Shown: positions 47,064 to 58,256, counted from the first letter of the stretch. The stretch: 64,000 nt of DNA from Sphaerochaetaceae bacterium (GCA_963678765.2 CAXXVM010000001.1:179165-243164); one strand, 5' to 3'. Notes: generated by a model from the letters alone, not told the origin. A program made the numbers and translations.

Positions 47064-47561
47064 CTATATATCAATCTCATTAAGTGTAATTGATAATTTA
47101 TTGTGTGCTGGTTTCAACTTACGATATTTAACGCAAGATGAGTCCATCATTTTTTTTGAAGCAATTGTATTATCTGCATCTTTGTATTTATCAGATAAAT
47201 AAACAACTTCCTTGATTCCTGATTGTATAATAGCCTTAGCACATTCATTACATGGGAATAGTCCAACATATATTGTTGCTCCCTTTAAATTGTGACTAAC
47301 ACTGTTTAAGATTGCATTAAGTTCTGCGTGGCATACAAAAGGATATTTAGTATCTAACCAATCACCTTCTCTCTCCCAAGGATACTCTTCATCATCACAA
47401 CCAATTGGAAAACCATTATAACCAATTCCTACAATCTTTTTCTCTTGGTTTACAATACATGCTCCAACTTGTGTACTTGGATCTTTTGATCTCATTGATG
47501 ATAACATGGCTAATCCCATGAAGTATTCGTCCCAACTTAGGTAATCTTGTCTTTTAGGCAT
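47064..47561 (-). CDS. dCMP (deoxycytidylate) deaminase
   Basis: Zinc motifs CHAELNA and PCNECAK. 165 aa. Confidence 0.85.
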   Translation of the reverse strand: MPKRQDYLSWDEYFMGLAMLSSMRSKDPSTQVGACIVNQEKKIVGIGYNGFPIGCDDEEYPWEREGDWLDTKYPFVCHAELNAILNSVSHNLKGATIYVGLFPCNECAKAIIQSGIKEVVYLSDKYKDADNTIASKKMMDSSCVKYRKLKPAHNKLSITLNEIDI

Positions 47562-48486
47562 TAATATTCTCCTTGATATAGGTAATAATTTCTTTTGTGA
47601 GTCTTACTCTACTAGATTTATATAATAATAGTACATGGTGAGAGTGATTAAAGTTCCCCATTCTCCATACTAAACCTCTAAAAGATCGAGATTTATTCTC
47701 ACTCGCTATTATAGGAAAATTTTTAAAAGGAACTGTCTTATCACCTGTATCATGAATAGAGAACAAAGGGCAAGTAAGTTTGTCTAAATTCTTTCTAACA
47801 ATCTTCTCAGCTTTTATTAAACTAAGACTTTGTTTTAAAAATAATCCTTTATAACCTGTCCAATCTTCATTTCCATCCTCACTCTCTATTCCACTAACTG
47901 TAGCTGCCTTAAAATTATGTTTAAATAAATTCAATATTCTTGCAAAAACAAAAGAAGGATTTGTAATAATTCTATCTTTTATAAAACTATTATAAACTAT
48001 AGGAGCCGATATAGATATTATAGCATTAGGTTCTATTTTTGTGTTGCTATATTTTTCACCAAGTTTTAAAGATATCAAACCACCCATACTTATTCCAAGA
48101 ATAAATACATTTTCATATTTTTTTTGAAGCTCTTCATATTTGCGGCATTGAAAATCAAACCATTGTGTAAAATTAGTTTTACTAAAATCTTCTATACTTG
48201 TTCCAAAGCCTGGCATCAAATAAGCGTAGGTATCAAAGCCTTCATCATAAAAGGTTTTACTACTGTATTCATAAACATGAGGTGTTGATGGAAATCCATG
48301 GATTTGCAAGATTGCCGTATTAGATTGTTTTTCATGAGTATAAATTATACTTTTACACTTAGGTGCAAAACATTTGCTCTCATCCGTTTCAATTTCACTA
48401 GTATTTCTATCTTTAAAGAAGATTAAAGTATAGCTCCAAATAAATAATAATATAACAAAAATTAATATAAAAATTGAGTAGTTCAT
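47554..48486 (-). CDS. alpha/beta-fold hydrolase (esterase/lipase-like), membrane anchored
   Basis: N-terminal TM, nucleophile elbow GISMGG, C-terminal His region. Confidence 0.7.
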   Translation of the reverse strand: MNYSIFILIFVILLFIWSYTLIFFKDRNTSEIETDESKCFAPKCKSIIYTHEKQSNTAILQIHGFPSTPHVYEYSSKTFYDEGFDTYAYLMPGFGTSIEDFSKTNFTQWFDFQCRKYEELQKKYENVFILGISMGGLISLKLGEKYSNTKIEPNAIISISAPIVYNSFIKDRIITNPSFVFARILNLFKHNFKAATVSGIESEDGNEDWTGYKGLFLKQSLSLIKAEKIVRKNLDKLTCPLFSIHDTGDKTVPFKNFPIIASENKSRSFRGLVWRMGNFNHSHHVLLLYKSSRVRLTKEIITYIKENINA

Positions 48487-48701
48487 TTTTTCATAATACC
48501 TCTCTAGCTAGAAATTCACAACTATACATAAGCACACTCCCATTAAGATTTGATGCATTATTTAATAAAAATAAAATAAATGATTTGCTTAGATGATAAC
48601 AAGACCCCACTTACAATAAGAGGGGTCATGTTTTTTAATATAAATGTCATTTGATTATTAATAAAATTAACAATCAAACAACTTTTAAGAAATGCAATCT
48701 G

Positions 48702-49901
48702 TTATACAATAACTTCCATGAATGGAACAACTGCTAATAAAACACCAGCTGCAACTGCAGATCCTAGAACACCAGCTACGTTTGGTCCCATAGCGTGCAT
48801 TAATAAGAAGTTCTGAGGATTTTCTTCCTGTCCAACTTTACTTGATACACGAGCAGCCATAGGTACAGCTGATACACCTGCAGAACCAATTAATGGGTTA
48901 ACAGGATGTTCTTTATCAATTTTGTTCATCAACTTAGCAATAAGAATACCAGCTGAAGTACCAATTGAGAAAGCAATTAATCCTAATAATAAAATACCTA
49001 AAGTATTTAAGTTTAAGAAGTGACTTGCTTCCATCTTTGATCCAACTGCTAAACCTAAGAAGATTGTAACAATGTTCATCAATGAGTTTTGCATTGTATC
49101 ACTTAATCTGTTAACAACACCACATTCTTTAGCTAAGTTACCAAACATTAGGGAACCTAGAAGAGGAGTTGCAGATGGAAGTAATAAAGCACAAACTAAT
49201 AAAACAGCAATAGGGAATAAGATTTTTTCTAATTTAGAAACAGGTCTTAGCTGTTTCATTTTGATTAATCTTTCTTCTTTTGTTGTTAAAGCTCTCATAA
49301 TTGGTGGCTGAATAATTGGAACTAAAGCCATGTATGAGTAAGCAGCTACAGCAATTGAACCTAATAGTTCAGGCTTAAGTCTACTTGTTACATAGATAGC
49401 GGTAGGACCATCCGCACCACCGATAATACCGATTGATGCAGCAGCATGTAAATCAAAGCTAATACCAGGAATAAATGACAAAGCAAGTGCACCTAATAAA
49501 GCAACGAAAATACCAAACTGAGCAGCAGCACCTAAGATAAGTGTCTTAGGGTTTGCGATTAAAGGACCAAAGTCTGTCATTGCACCAACACCCATGAAAA
49601 TAAGGATTGGGAATAGACCAGAACTAATACCTGAATCAAACAATATTTTAATAAATCCTAAAGAACCATTTGAAGGATCAATTCCTGAAATGTAAGCTAG
49701 AGGAATATTACTCAAAATACAACCAAAACCAATTGGAACTAATAGTAGAGGTTCAAATCCCTTTTCTATTGCTAAGTAAATTAATACTAAACCAATGATT
49801 ATCATAGCGAGGTTGCCAAGACCGTATTCGGCCCCAGCTAAACCCGCAAAACCAAATAGGCCTGTTGTGTGCCATAATTGGGTTAACGCGGTACCGATCA
49901 T
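48702..49901 (-). CDS. oadB: Na+-translocating decarboxylase beta subunit (oxaloacetate decarboxylase type)
   Basis: About 400-aa polytopic membrane protein directly downstream of the alpha and gamma subunits. OadB/GcdB/MmdB family resemblance. Confidence 0.8.
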   Translation of the reverse strand: MIGTALTQLWHTTGLFGFAGLAGAEYGLGNLAMIIIGLVLIYLAIEKGFEPLLLVPIGFGCILSNIPLAYISGIDPSNGSLGFIKILFDSGISSGLFPILIFMGVGAMTDFGPLIANPKTLILGAAAQFGIFVALLGALALSFIPGISFDLHAAASIGIIGGADGPTAIYVTSRLKPELLGSIAVAAYSYMALVPIIQPPIMRALTTKEERLIKMKQLRPVSKLEKILFPIAVLLVCALLLPSATPLLGSLMFGNLAKECGVVNRLSDTMQNSLMNIVTIFLGLAVGSKMEASHFLNLNTLGILLLGLIAFSIGTSAGILIAKLMNKIDKEHPVNPLIGSAGVSAVPMAARVSSKVGQEENPQNFLLMHAMGPNVAGVLGSAVAAGVLLAVVPFMEVIV

Positions 49902-49911
49902 AATTTTCTCC

Positions 49912-51735
49912 TTAGCCGATTATAATTAATTCGTCATCTGCATTAAGTTGGTCGCCCTGACTTACACAAATTTCTCTTACTGTGCCGGCACATGGAGCAA
50001 AGATTTCATTTTCCATCTTCATAGCTTCCATTACCATTAACATCTGACCTTCTTCTACTACATCACCAACTTTACAGTTGAAACGTAGAGCAAGACCAGG
50101 CATTGGAGCAACAACTGGAGTACCAGAACCTGCAGCCATAGGTGCAGCAGCTTGAGCAGCAGGTGCCGCAGCTGTAGATGCAGCAATAGCTGCTTCATCA
50201 ATTCCGTTTAATACATCTAGAGGATAAGATACACCGTTTACTTTAACATCGCTCTTACCAACTTTTACGCCGTAAGCTTTTCCGTTAACAGAAACTGTAT
50301 ATTCACCACTCTTCTTAGCTTTTTCAGCTTCTCTATCGTATTTTCTAACACCATTAACTTTAGTTTTGCCTGTAAGATATAGGATACCTTTTTCTTTACA
50401 AGATGCAGCAATGAAGATATTTTCTTCTGTCTTTTCAAGACCAGCTTCTTCAAGAAGTTTTTCAGCAGGACCTCTACCTTTAGTAACATCAGCATCATTA
50501 ATATCAGCAACCATTTTAGTAGTTGGTTCTAATTTTAATTGTTCAGCAGCAATTTTAACAATTTCTGCATCTGGAGCTACTGGAGTTTTACCAAAGTAAC
50601 CAAGTACCATTTTACCATAACCTTCAGCAATCTTCTTCCAAGGGCCAAACATAACGTTATTGAATGCTTGTTGGAAATAGAACTGAGATACAGGAGTTAC
50701 AGATGTACCGAAACCACCCTTTGCTACAGTTTCACCCATTGCTTTAACAATTTCAGGGAATTTATGCATTAAGTTATTATCACGTAACATTTGAGTGTTA
50801 GCTGTTAATGCACCACCTGGTAGTGGGAAGAATGGGATGTTAGGGTTAACTGCAGTTGCTTCTGGTGGAACGATGTAATCTTTCATACATTCCTTGAATA
50901 CTTCTTCAGCTTCTCTAACTTTTTCAATATCGATATCTAATGTGTACTCTGTACCACGAAGTGCGTGCCATAGAGTAATGATATCAGGTTGACAAGTACC
51001 GCCAGATACAGGAGCCATTGCTAAGTCAACACCGTTTGCACCAGCTTCAATAGCACTAATATACTGTTGAATTGATACACCAGCTGTTTCATGGCTGTGA
51101 ACTCTAATATTAACGTCTTTACCTAATAATTTACGAGCTCTTTTAACTGTTTCATAAATAGTACGAGGAGCTGCTGTACCAGATGCATCTTTGAAACAAA
51201 CTGAATCAAATGGAATACCTGCATCTAGAATGTTTTGTAATACACCAATGTAGAAGTCAGGTGTATGTGCACCGTCTACTCCAGGTGGAAGACTCATCAT
51301 TGTAACTGTTACTTCGTGTTTTAGACCTGCTTCAACAATAGCTTTACCACTATCGATCAAGTTATTTACATCATTTAATGCATCAAAGTTACGGATTGTT
51401 GTCATACCGTGTTTTTTGAACATCTGAGCGTGTAATTTAATAATGTCTCTTGATTGTGAATCTAGACCAACTACGTTAACACCACGAGATAGTGTTTGTA
51501 GGTTTGCATCTGGACCTGCTGTCTTTCTGAATTCGTCCATCATGTCGAATGCATTTTCGTTTGTATAGAAATACAATGATTGGAAACGAGCACCACCGCC
51601 TGCTTCCATGTGACTAATTCCTGCTTCTCTTGCCGCAGCTACCGCTGGCATGAAATCTTTTGTAATAACACGTGCACCGTAAACAGATTGGAAACCATCA
51701 CGGAATGCTGTTAACATAAAATCAACTTTTTTCAT
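49912..51735 (-). CDS. oadA: oxaloacetate decarboxylase alpha subunit (carboxyltransferase + biotin carrier domain)
   Basis: N-terminal HMGL-like TIM-barrel carboxyltransferase, Ala/Pro linker, and C-terminal biotinyl motif [10 protein letters not shown]. Confidence 0.8.
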   Translation of the reverse strand: MKKVDFMLTAFRDGFQSVYGARVITKDFMPAVAAAREAGISHMEAGGGARFQSLYFYTNENAFDMMDEFRKTAGPDANLQTLSRGVNVVGLDSQSRDIIKLHAQMFKKHGMTTIRNFDALNDVNNLIDSGKAIVEAGLKHEVTVTMMSLPPGVDGAHTPDFYIGVLQNILDAGIPFDSVCFKDASGTAAPRTIYETVKRARKLLGKDVNIRVHSHETAGVSIQQYISAIEAGANGVDLAMAPVSGGTCQPDIITLWHALRGTEYTLDIDIEKVREAEEVFKECMKDYIVPPEATAVNPNIPFFPLPGGALTANTQMLRDNNLMHKFPEIVKAMGETVAKGGFGTSVTPVSQFYFQQAFNNVMFGPWKKIAEGYGKMVLGYFGKTPVAPDAEIVKIAAEQLKLEPTTKMVADINDADVTKGRGPAEKLLEEAGLEKTEENIFIAASCKEKGILYLTGKTKVNGVRKYDREAEKAKKSGEYTVSVNGKAYGVKVGKSDVKVNGVSYPLDVLNGIDEAAIAASTAAAPAAQAAAPMAAGSGTPVVAPMPGLALRFNCKVGDVVEEGQMLMVMEAMKMENEIFAPCAGTVREICVSQGDQLNADDELIIIG

Positions 51736-51750
51736 AAATCTTACCTTTAT

Positions 51751-52032
51751 TTATTCTCTAGTTTTTGCTACAGCGGCTGCGATAGCGGCTGCAATTTCGG
51801 GCTCAACACTCATTGCTTTAGCACTTGGTGCTGCAGAACGACGAGCAGCTGCAGGTGCAGGTGCAGGTCGCTTAGCATTAATTTTACCTACTACAGAACT
51901 AAGTCCTTTAGTAACGAAAATTAGTACAACAAGGAATAAGAGTACAGTTCCCATTCCTAATAGCATGAGTACGACACCATTTTGAAGCTGAGCAGTTAAT
52001 TGATCAGCTGCCAATTGAGATAGTAGTATCAT
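51751..52032 (-). CDS. oadG: oxaloacetate decarboxylase gamma subunit
   Basis: 93 aa, one N-terminal TM followed by an Ala/Pro-rich tail. First gene of the oad operon. Confidence 0.7.
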   Translation of the reverse strand: MILLSQLAADQLTAQLQNGVVLMLLGMGTVLLFLVVLIFVTKGLSSVVGKINAKRPAPAPAAARRSAAPSAKAMSVEPEIAAAIAAAVAKTRE

Positions 52033-52060
52033 ACAAACTCCTGGATTATTATTTTATTGT

Positions 52061-52083
52061 ATAGTTAAGAGCCTCTTAACTAT
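52061..52083. promoter_or_regulatory. 23-bp perfect palindrome in the oadGAB 5' region
   Basis: ATAGTTAAGAG-C-CTCTTAACTAT, lying 29-51 nt upstream of the oadG ATG and just upstream of its AGGAG RBS. Confidence 0.45.
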
Positions 52084-52493
52084 CAGAGAAATAATAAAGG
52101 GAATAAGGGGAAGTTTCAAGCTATATATGGTAAGTAAAAAGGATTATTCGTACTAATTATATATATACTCAGACTAATATTATATAATGCAACAAATGGC
52201 AACAAAAATAGTGTTAACTATAATGAGGTAAGTAACTAATTATGTCTTTATTTATTAGTTAGACTTTAATTCAGGATAAAATCTATTTAATTATAAATTT
52301 GTATTCTTTTTAAGGGTATTTTATCAACAATACTTTACATATATTAGGCATAACTCCATGAGTTTGTATCAAAAATAATTTCAAGTAAAAAAATATTTTT
52401 TTATTTATTAATTTAGTTATTTAACCTTGCCCTTTTATTAATTTTTTTTTATTTTAGACATAAGTCCTAATGAAAAGGCAAAGGAGCACATAA

Positions 52494-53408
52494 ATGTCCC
52501 ATGAAGGAACTCCTGACGAACAGGAATTACGTGAAAAAATGATACAAGAGAGAATGGCACTTGTTGGCAAAAAAATTATTGTTATGAGTGGTAAAGGTGG
52601 AGTTGGTAAATCAACTGTTACTGTTAACCTAGCTAATGCTCTTGTAGACAAAGGTTATAAAGTTGGTATTTTAGATACAGATCTACACGGTCCTAATGTT
52701 GCTAAAATGCTTGGTTGCGAAGATAATATGCTAGATTCTCCTGACGGTAAAACAATTTTACCAGTTCAAGTTAGAGAAAACCTATGTGTTATTTCCTTAT
52801 CTTTCGCTATTAAAGACTCCGGCGCTCCAGTTATTTGGAGAGGACCTATGAAGATTGCTGCAATTAAACAGTTTATTGGTGATGTAAAATGGGGTCCATT
52901 AGACTATTTACTAATAGACACACCACCTGGAACAGGTGATGAACAATTAACTGCTATCCAAGCAATTCCTGGAATGACTGGTTCAGTTATTGTTACAACT
53001 CCTCAAGATGTTGCTATCTTAGATGCTAGAAAGAGCGTTAACTTCTCAAAACAACTTAACCTTCCTGTGCTAGGTGTAGTAGAAAACATGAGTGGTTTAA
53101 TTTGCCCTCATTGTACAGAAATTATTCCATTATTTGGTATTGGTGGTGGTAAGAAATTAGCAGAAGAAGCTAACATTCCATTCCTAGGAAGTATTCCAAT
53201 TGAAATTAATCTAAGAGAGAATGAAGATTCTGGTAAGAGTCATCTAGAAATGAGCCCTGAAAGCGTAAGCGCAAAGGCATTAATTTCAATTGCAAATATG
53301 TTAGATGAAGCAACTGAAGTTGGCGATCCAAATGACTATATTGGTACAAGCAAATGTAGTTCAGAGGCTTGTGCTCATTGTTCAAGTAATTGCGATTCAA
53401 GGAAGTAA
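52494..53408 (+). CDS. Mrp/NBP35 (ApbC) family Fe-S cluster carrier ATPase with Cys-rich C-terminal tail
   Basis: Deviant Walker A SGKGGVGKST, CPHC motif (LICPHCTE), and tail CSSEACAHCSSNCDSRK. Confidence 0.85.
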   Translation: MSHEGTPDEQELREKMIQERMALVGKKIIVMSGKGGVGKSTVTVNLANALVDKGYKVGILDTDLHGPNVAKMLGCEDNMLDSPDGKTILPVQVRENLCVISLSFAIKDSGAPVIWRGPMKIAAIKQFIGDVKWGPLDYLLIDTPPGTGDEQLTAIQAIPGMTGSVIVTTPQDVAILDARKSVNFSKQLNLPVLGVVENMSGLICPHCTEIIPLFGIGGGKKLAEEANIPFLGSIPIEINLRENEDSGKSHLEMSPESVSAKALISIANMLDEATEVGDPNDYIGTSKCSSEACAHCSSNCDSRK

Positions 53409-53412
53409 TAAA

Positions 53413-54027
53413 GTGAAAGATGACATTTTTAGGATTGGTAATATTGAAGACACAGAACATTTAAAATGGATTGAAGAAAAAAAAGAAGAAGTTTTAAATA
53501 CTCCAATTTTTAATATTGAAAAAAGTCTTAGAGTGTCTAAGGAAGGGGTGAAAGCCCCTTTCATAACTTTAAAATCTCCAAATTGGGTTACAGTTATACC
53601 CTGGTACAGAAACAGTGAAAATGTTCCATGTTTTGTAATGGTTCAACAATATAGACATGGAAGTAAAAGTATCATAAGAGAATTTCCTGCCGGTATGGTA
53701 GATAAAGGTGAGGAAGCCCTAAAGGCTGCAAAGAGAGAATTGATTGAGGAAACAGGTATTGTTTCAAAAGATATAATTCATCTTTCAACGTTTAATCCAA
53801 ATCCAGCTTTTATGAATAATGAAGCAAATTTCTATCTAGCAAAAGATATTTGTAAAACAAGTGTACAACACTTAGATACAACAGAGGTATTAGATGTACT
53901 CTCTGTTCCTGTATTAGAGGTAGTTGAAAAAATTGGCACCTCCTCTTTATATGATAATGGTATTATGATGATGGCTTTAGGTTTATTTTTAAGAGAAGCC
54001 GCAAAGGATCCCACTCTTATTAAATAG
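53413..54027 (+). CDS. NUDIX hydrolase (ADP-ribose pyrophosphatase-like)
   Basis: Nudix box GMVDKGEEALKAAKRELIEETG. GTG start at 53413 after AGGAAG. The upstream ATG of the tracked ORF lies inside the Mrp gene. Confidence 0.75.
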   Translation: MKDDIFRIGNIEDTEHLKWIEEKKEEVLNTPIFNIEKSLRVSKEGVKAPFITLKSPNWVTVIPWYRNSENVPCFVMVQQYRHGSKSIIREFPAGMVDKGEEALKAAKRELIEETGIVSKDIIHLSTFNPNPAFMNNEANFYLAKDICKTSVQHLDTTEVLDVLSVPVLEVVEKIGTSSLYDNGIMMMALGLFLREAAKDPTLIK

Positions 54028-54130
54028 TGGTTAGATATTAGCAACTACATTAATTAAACATAAAAATATTAGTAACAATACAACTACTCCCATGTTATAA
54101 TATAATAAATAACAATCAGGAGTTATATTT

Positions 54131-54868
54131 ATGAAGAAAATTTCCTATCTATCAATTATTTTAATTGCCGTTGCACTATTATCATCATGTTCATCTCTAA
54201 AAGGTCACCAAGACTTTGAGGGAGAATCTTATCGAAGCATAAGTGTAAATGGAACAGGCACCCTTAGTGTTGAGCCAGATATGGCAACATTCAATGTATC
54301 TATTAGTCAAACAGAAAAAACTACATCCGAAGCTCTCCAAGCAACAAACAAAAAAGTTACTGAAGTCCTAGATTCACTAGAAGCATTTAATATTGCTAAT
54401 AGAGATATCAAAACAACATCTATTAATTTAAATACAGAGTATGAATGGATTGATAAAAAACAACAAGTTAAAGGTCAAAGAGCATCTCAAAGCATTAATG
54501 TTAAATTAAGAAACCTTGATGACATTGGTCCTATTATTGATAAACTAAGTAATATCAATGAAATTTCCTTAGGCTCTATTAGTATGGATAAAGAAGATAC
54601 TTCAATTGAAGAGCAACAAGCTAGAATATTATCAGTTATCGATGCTAAAACAAAAGCAGAGGATATAGCTAATGCAGCTGGAATGAAATTAGGAATGCCA
54701 CTAAGTATTTCCTATGGTAGTAATTCAAATACTAATTACTACTCTCCTATGTTAATGAAGAGTGCTGTTAGATTAGATTCAGCTCCAGAGAGTTATTCAA
54801 CTCAAGCTCCTACAGGAGAAATTCAATTATCATCAAATGTAAGTATTATTTATGAACTAGTAGAATAA
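54131..54868 (+). CDS. SIMPL/DUF541-family lipoprotein
   Basis: Lipobox LLSSC. About 245 aa. The layout ISVNGTGTLSVEPD...ASQSINVKL resembles the 26-kDa periplasmic immunogenic protein family. Confidence 0.65.
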   Translation: MKKISYLSIILIAVALLSSCSSLKGHQDFEGESYRSISVNGTGTLSVEPDMATFNVSISQTEKTTSEALQATNKKVTEVLDSLEAFNIANRDIKTTSINLNTEYEWIDKKQQVKGQRASQSINVKLRNLDDIGPIIDKLSNINEISLGSISMDKEDTSIEEQQARILSVIDAKTKAEDIANAAGMKLGMPLSISYGSNSNTNYYSPMLMKSAVRLDSAPESYSTQAPTGEIQLSSNVSIIYELVE

Positions 54869-54885
54869 ATTTAATACTTTTCTAC

Positions 54886-54916
54886 AATCCGCTCTTATAT
54901 TTGGAGCGGATTTTTT
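54886..54916 (+). terminator. intrinsic terminator after the SIMPL gene
   Basis: AATCCGCTC ... GAGCGGATT hairpin followed by TTTT. Confidence 0.75.
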
Positions 54917-54992
54917 ATTCAACTTCATAAAGATTTAAATAAAATGGACAAGTACCCTTTATTTTATTTATATCTATTGGTATTTTAATTTT

Positions 54993-55541
54993 ATGAAATT
55001 ATATGTAATAAGACATGGCGAAACTGAATTAAACAGAGCAGAATTAGTATGTGGTGCGACAAATGCACATCTAACAGAGAAAGGTGTGAATCAAGCACTT
55101 GCGGCAGCTAAAGACATCAAGGAAAATAAAGATAAATATAATATTAAACATATTTATGTATCTCCACTTGAGAGAGCTATCAACACAGCTAAGCCAATTG
55201 AAGAGGCATTAGAGTTAAAGGCTGAAATTGAAGAAGGTATTTCAGAGTTCAACTTTGGCGATTATGAGAGATGTCCTGTAGGAGATCAAGAATTTAGACG
55301 ATTAAGAAGACAGCCATTTACTAAATTTAAAAATGGTGAGTCTATATTAAGTGCAGCTCATAGAATTTATTCAGCACTTGATAGAATAATCGAAAAACAC
55401 AAAGAAGATGATTCTAATGTTTTATTAGTTTGTCACGGTACTTGTGCTAGAATCATATATACATACTTTCATGATATTAATGATACTGATTATTACAATT
55501 TACTCCTTAATAACTGTGAATTAATAACATTTAATGTTTAA
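54993..55541 (+). CDS. histidine phosphatase (phosphoglycerate mutase superfamily)
   Basis: Catalytic YVIRHGETELN motif and second His in LVCHGT. 182 aa. Confidence 0.8.
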   Translation: MKLYVIRHGETELNRAELVCGATNAHLTEKGVNQALAAAKDIKENKDKYNIKHIYVSPLERAINTAKPIEEALELKAEIEEGISEFNFGDYERCPVGDQEFRRLRRQPFTKFKNGESILSAAHRIYSALDRIIEKHKEDDSNVLLVCHGTCARIIYTYFHDINDTDYYNLLLNNCELITFNV

Positions 55542-55656
55542 ATTAAATAGATAAAGCTAACCTAAATTTTTCTACGTTAGCTTTATCTACTATTTTAAGT
55601 TGATTTTTATGTAAATTTCCTTGAAGTTAGACCTTTAATTAACTAATTTTAAATAC

Positions 55657-56754
55657 ATGAATAATATCAATAAAAAAAATTTATTATCACTCTCACTTCT
55701 ATTATTACTATCATTATTTTTATTTAGTTGTAGTAATAATAAAAGTAAAAATAATACTCAGAGTGAAAATACTGTTAGTGAAGCAAAAAGTACCGAAGCT
55801 GATAAGAATATAAATATTCTTGTATTTATAAGTGGCGCATTAGATGGTAATCCACCTTATGAGAATCTTAACAATGGAGCTCTTGAGTTTGCTAAAAACC
55901 ATCCAAACGTTAGTGTTAAAACCTATGAGGCTGGATTTAATCAGGCAGAATGGGAATCACAACTTACAAGTTTAGTTGCAACTTCAAAATATGATTATGT
56001 ATTAACAAGTAATCCATCTCTTCCTGAAATTTGTGATAGAATTTCAAAAAAGTTCCCTTCTCAAAAATTCATCATTCCTGATGCATATTTTGAAGGCAAT
56101 CAAAACATAAAGACATATGAATATGATCAATATCAACAATCTGTAATTTTAGGTCACCTTGCGGGCTTAATTACAACAAGTGATATGGACAATATAAATA
56201 AAGATAAAACCAATAAAAAAGTTGGCTTTATCTACGCTCAAGAATTCCCAATGATGAATGAGGATATTTTTCCTGGTTTTGAAGAAGGACTCAAACAAGT
56301 AGATCCAACACTATCCCTTGATACAAGAGTTGTTGGTAACTGGTATGATGCAAGTAAAGCTAGTGAATTAGCACTTTCAATGGCAGATAGTGGTGTTGAT
56401 ACCTTTACCTCTATAGCCGGTGGTGCTGCTCAAGGACTAATTAAAGTTGCAAAAGACAAAGGTCTATACATTGTGGCCTATGATACTAATAGCTATAGTA
56501 TGGCACCTCTTACCATTGTTGGTAGTGGCCAAGTAGATTTAGTTAATCTTACTCAAAACATCTTGCAAAGCGCAATCGATGGTACACTTGATTGGGGAGT
56601 TGCATCAAAGATTGGAGTTGAAGATGGATACATCGGATTCTTTATTGATGATCCCCTATTCAAAGAGGGAGTAAGTGATGATGTTTATAATCAATTTGTT
56701 GATTGGTATTCTAAAGTAAAAGATAAAAGCATTATTATAAAGAGTGGAGAATAA
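55657..56754 (+). CDS. BMP-family (PnrA/Med-like) ABC substrate-binding lipoprotein
   Basis: Lipobox LFSC followed by a low-complexity linker. About 320-aa binding-protein body. First gene of a BMP-type ABC operon. Confidence 0.75.
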   Translation: MNNINKKNLLSLSLLLLLSLFLFSCSNNKSKNNTQSENTVSEAKSTEADKNINILVFISGALDGNPPYENLNNGALEFAKNHPNVSVKTYEAGFNQAEWESQLTSLVATSKYDYVLTSNPSLPEICDRISKKFPSQKFIIPDAYFEGNQNIKTYEYDQYQQSVILGHLAGLITTSDMDNINKDKTNKKVGFIYAQEFPMMNEDIFPGFEEGLKQVDPTLSLDTRVVGNWYDASKASELALSMADSGVDTFTSIAGGAAQGLIKVAKDKGLYIVAYDTNSYSMAPLTIVGSGQVDLVNLTQNILQSAIDGTLDWGVASKIGVEDGYIGFFIDDPLFKEGVSDDVYNQFVDWYSKVKDKSIIIKSGE

Positions 56755-58256
56755 TGGAAAGCAGTGCAATAGAAGTTGTTCATTTATCTAAGTATTACAA
56801 AGATGAATCCATTATCGCAAACGATGATCTCACCCTTAAATTTAACAGGGGTGAGATTACTTGTATAGCAGGAGAAAATGGAGCTGGAAAATCAACTCTA
56901 ATGAAGATAATATTTGGCATGGATAGACCATCAAAAGGCGATATTTTTGTTAATGGTCAAAAAGAGGAAATTACTCACCCTCTCATAGCCCAAGCCCTTG
57001 GCATTGGTATGGTTCATCAAAAGTTTAAGTTATTTGATAATCTTAGTATTTGCGAAAATGTATCACTAGGGGTTGAATTAAAAAAACACTTCTTCTTTCT
57101 CGACAAAGTTAAAACACTTAGAAAGGTTCAAGAACTAATTGACTCTCATCACATACAACTTAGTGCAGATACAAAAATAAAAGACCTATCAACAGGGGAA
57201 AAACAATTAGTAGAAATACTAAAGATGCTCTACAGAGAGGCAGAGATACTCATATTTGATGAACCAACTGCCGTACTAACAGAACAAGAGACTCAACAAC
57301 TATTTGAAACTATGAGAGAGTTAAAGGCACAAAATAAATGTGTTATTGTAATAACTCATAAAGTTCAAGAAATATTGGATATTGCAGATGTTGTATCTAT
57401 AATGAGAAAAGGAAAACTTGTTGGAACATATAAAAGATCTCAGTTAAATGGTAAGAGTTTATCAGATCTTATAATGGGAGAAGAAGTTAAAAGCATTAAA
57501 GTTGAAAAGAAGAATATTAACTATTCTATTTTACGACCTGTTTTAAGCTTCAAAGATGTTTCTATTTATAGAGAAAATCAAGAAAAGCCCCTACTACATA
57601 ATATTAACTTTGTATCTCATCAAGGAGAAATCCTAGGGTTCTGTGGAGTTAGTGGAAATGGTATGGGAATACTTGAGGCAGTTCTCGGTGGAATGCTACC
57701 AATTAGTAGTGGTCAAATTATTCTCGATGGAAAAGAAATAACAAATCTAACCTCTGATAAATTGAGAGCAAATGGACTTGCCTTTGTACCAGCTGATAGA
57801 TATCAATATGGATCAGCTGCTAATGCAACTCTCGCTGAGAATTTAATCATCAATCATAGAAACAGATTAAAAGAGATGAATGAATTCTCAAAACCATTGA
57901 TTGAGAAATACAATATTAATGGGCAGCCATCACAAATGATGAAAACATTAAGCGGTGGTAATATTCAAAAAGCAATTGTAGCTAGAGAAATTGAAAATAT
58001 GAAAGACTATATTATATTATCAAATCCTACATGGGGAATGGATCTTGCGGCAACAGCATTTATTCACTCTCAAATTTTAGAATTAAAGAAAAAAGGTGCA
58101 AGTATAATATTATTATCACAAAATGTAGATGAAATTTTATTGCTATCTGATACTATCAATGTAATGACAAACGGACAAATCTCAAAAACATTTACTTCAT
58201 TTAAAGATGTTGATAAACTTTTAATTGGAGAATATATGCTAGGGAGAAAATCATGA
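56754..58256 (+). CDS. ABC transporter ATP-binding protein, tandem-cassette (sugar/nucleoside type)
   Basis: First cassette: Walker A GENGAGKST and signature LSTGEKQ. Second cassette is degenerate (GVSGNGMG, LSGGNIQK). 500 aa. Confidence 0.85.
   Translation: MESSAIEVVHLSKYYKDESIIANDDLTLKFNRGEITCIAGENGAGKSTLMKIIFGMDRPSKGDIFVNGQKEEITHPLIAQALGIGMVHQKFKLFDNLSICENVSLGVELKKHFFFLDKVKTLRKVQELIDSHHIQLSADTKIKDLSTGEKQLVEILKMLYREAEILIFDEPTAVLTEQETQQLFETMRELKAQNKCVIVITHKVQEILDIADVVSIMRKGKLVGTYKRSQLNGKSLSDLIMGEEVKSIKVEKKNINYSILRPVLSFKDVSIYRENQEKPLLHNINFVSHQGEILGFCGVSGNGMGILEAVLGGMLPISSGQIILDGKEITNLTSDKLRANGLAFVPADRYQYGSAANATLAENLIINHRNRLKEMNEFSKPLIEKYNINGQPSQMMKTLSGGNIQKAIVAREIENMKDYIILSNPTWGMDLAATAFIHSQILELKKKGASIILLSQNVDEILLLSDTINVMTNGQISKTFTSFKDVDKLLIGEYMLGRKS

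Noticed and set aside
53305-53412. Upstream ATG start of the NUDIX ORF, overlapping the Mrp gene by about 100 nt.
   Set aside because: The overlapping part translates to low-complexity sequence. A GTG with an AGGAAG RBS directly after the Mrp stop gives a normal Nudix N-terminus.
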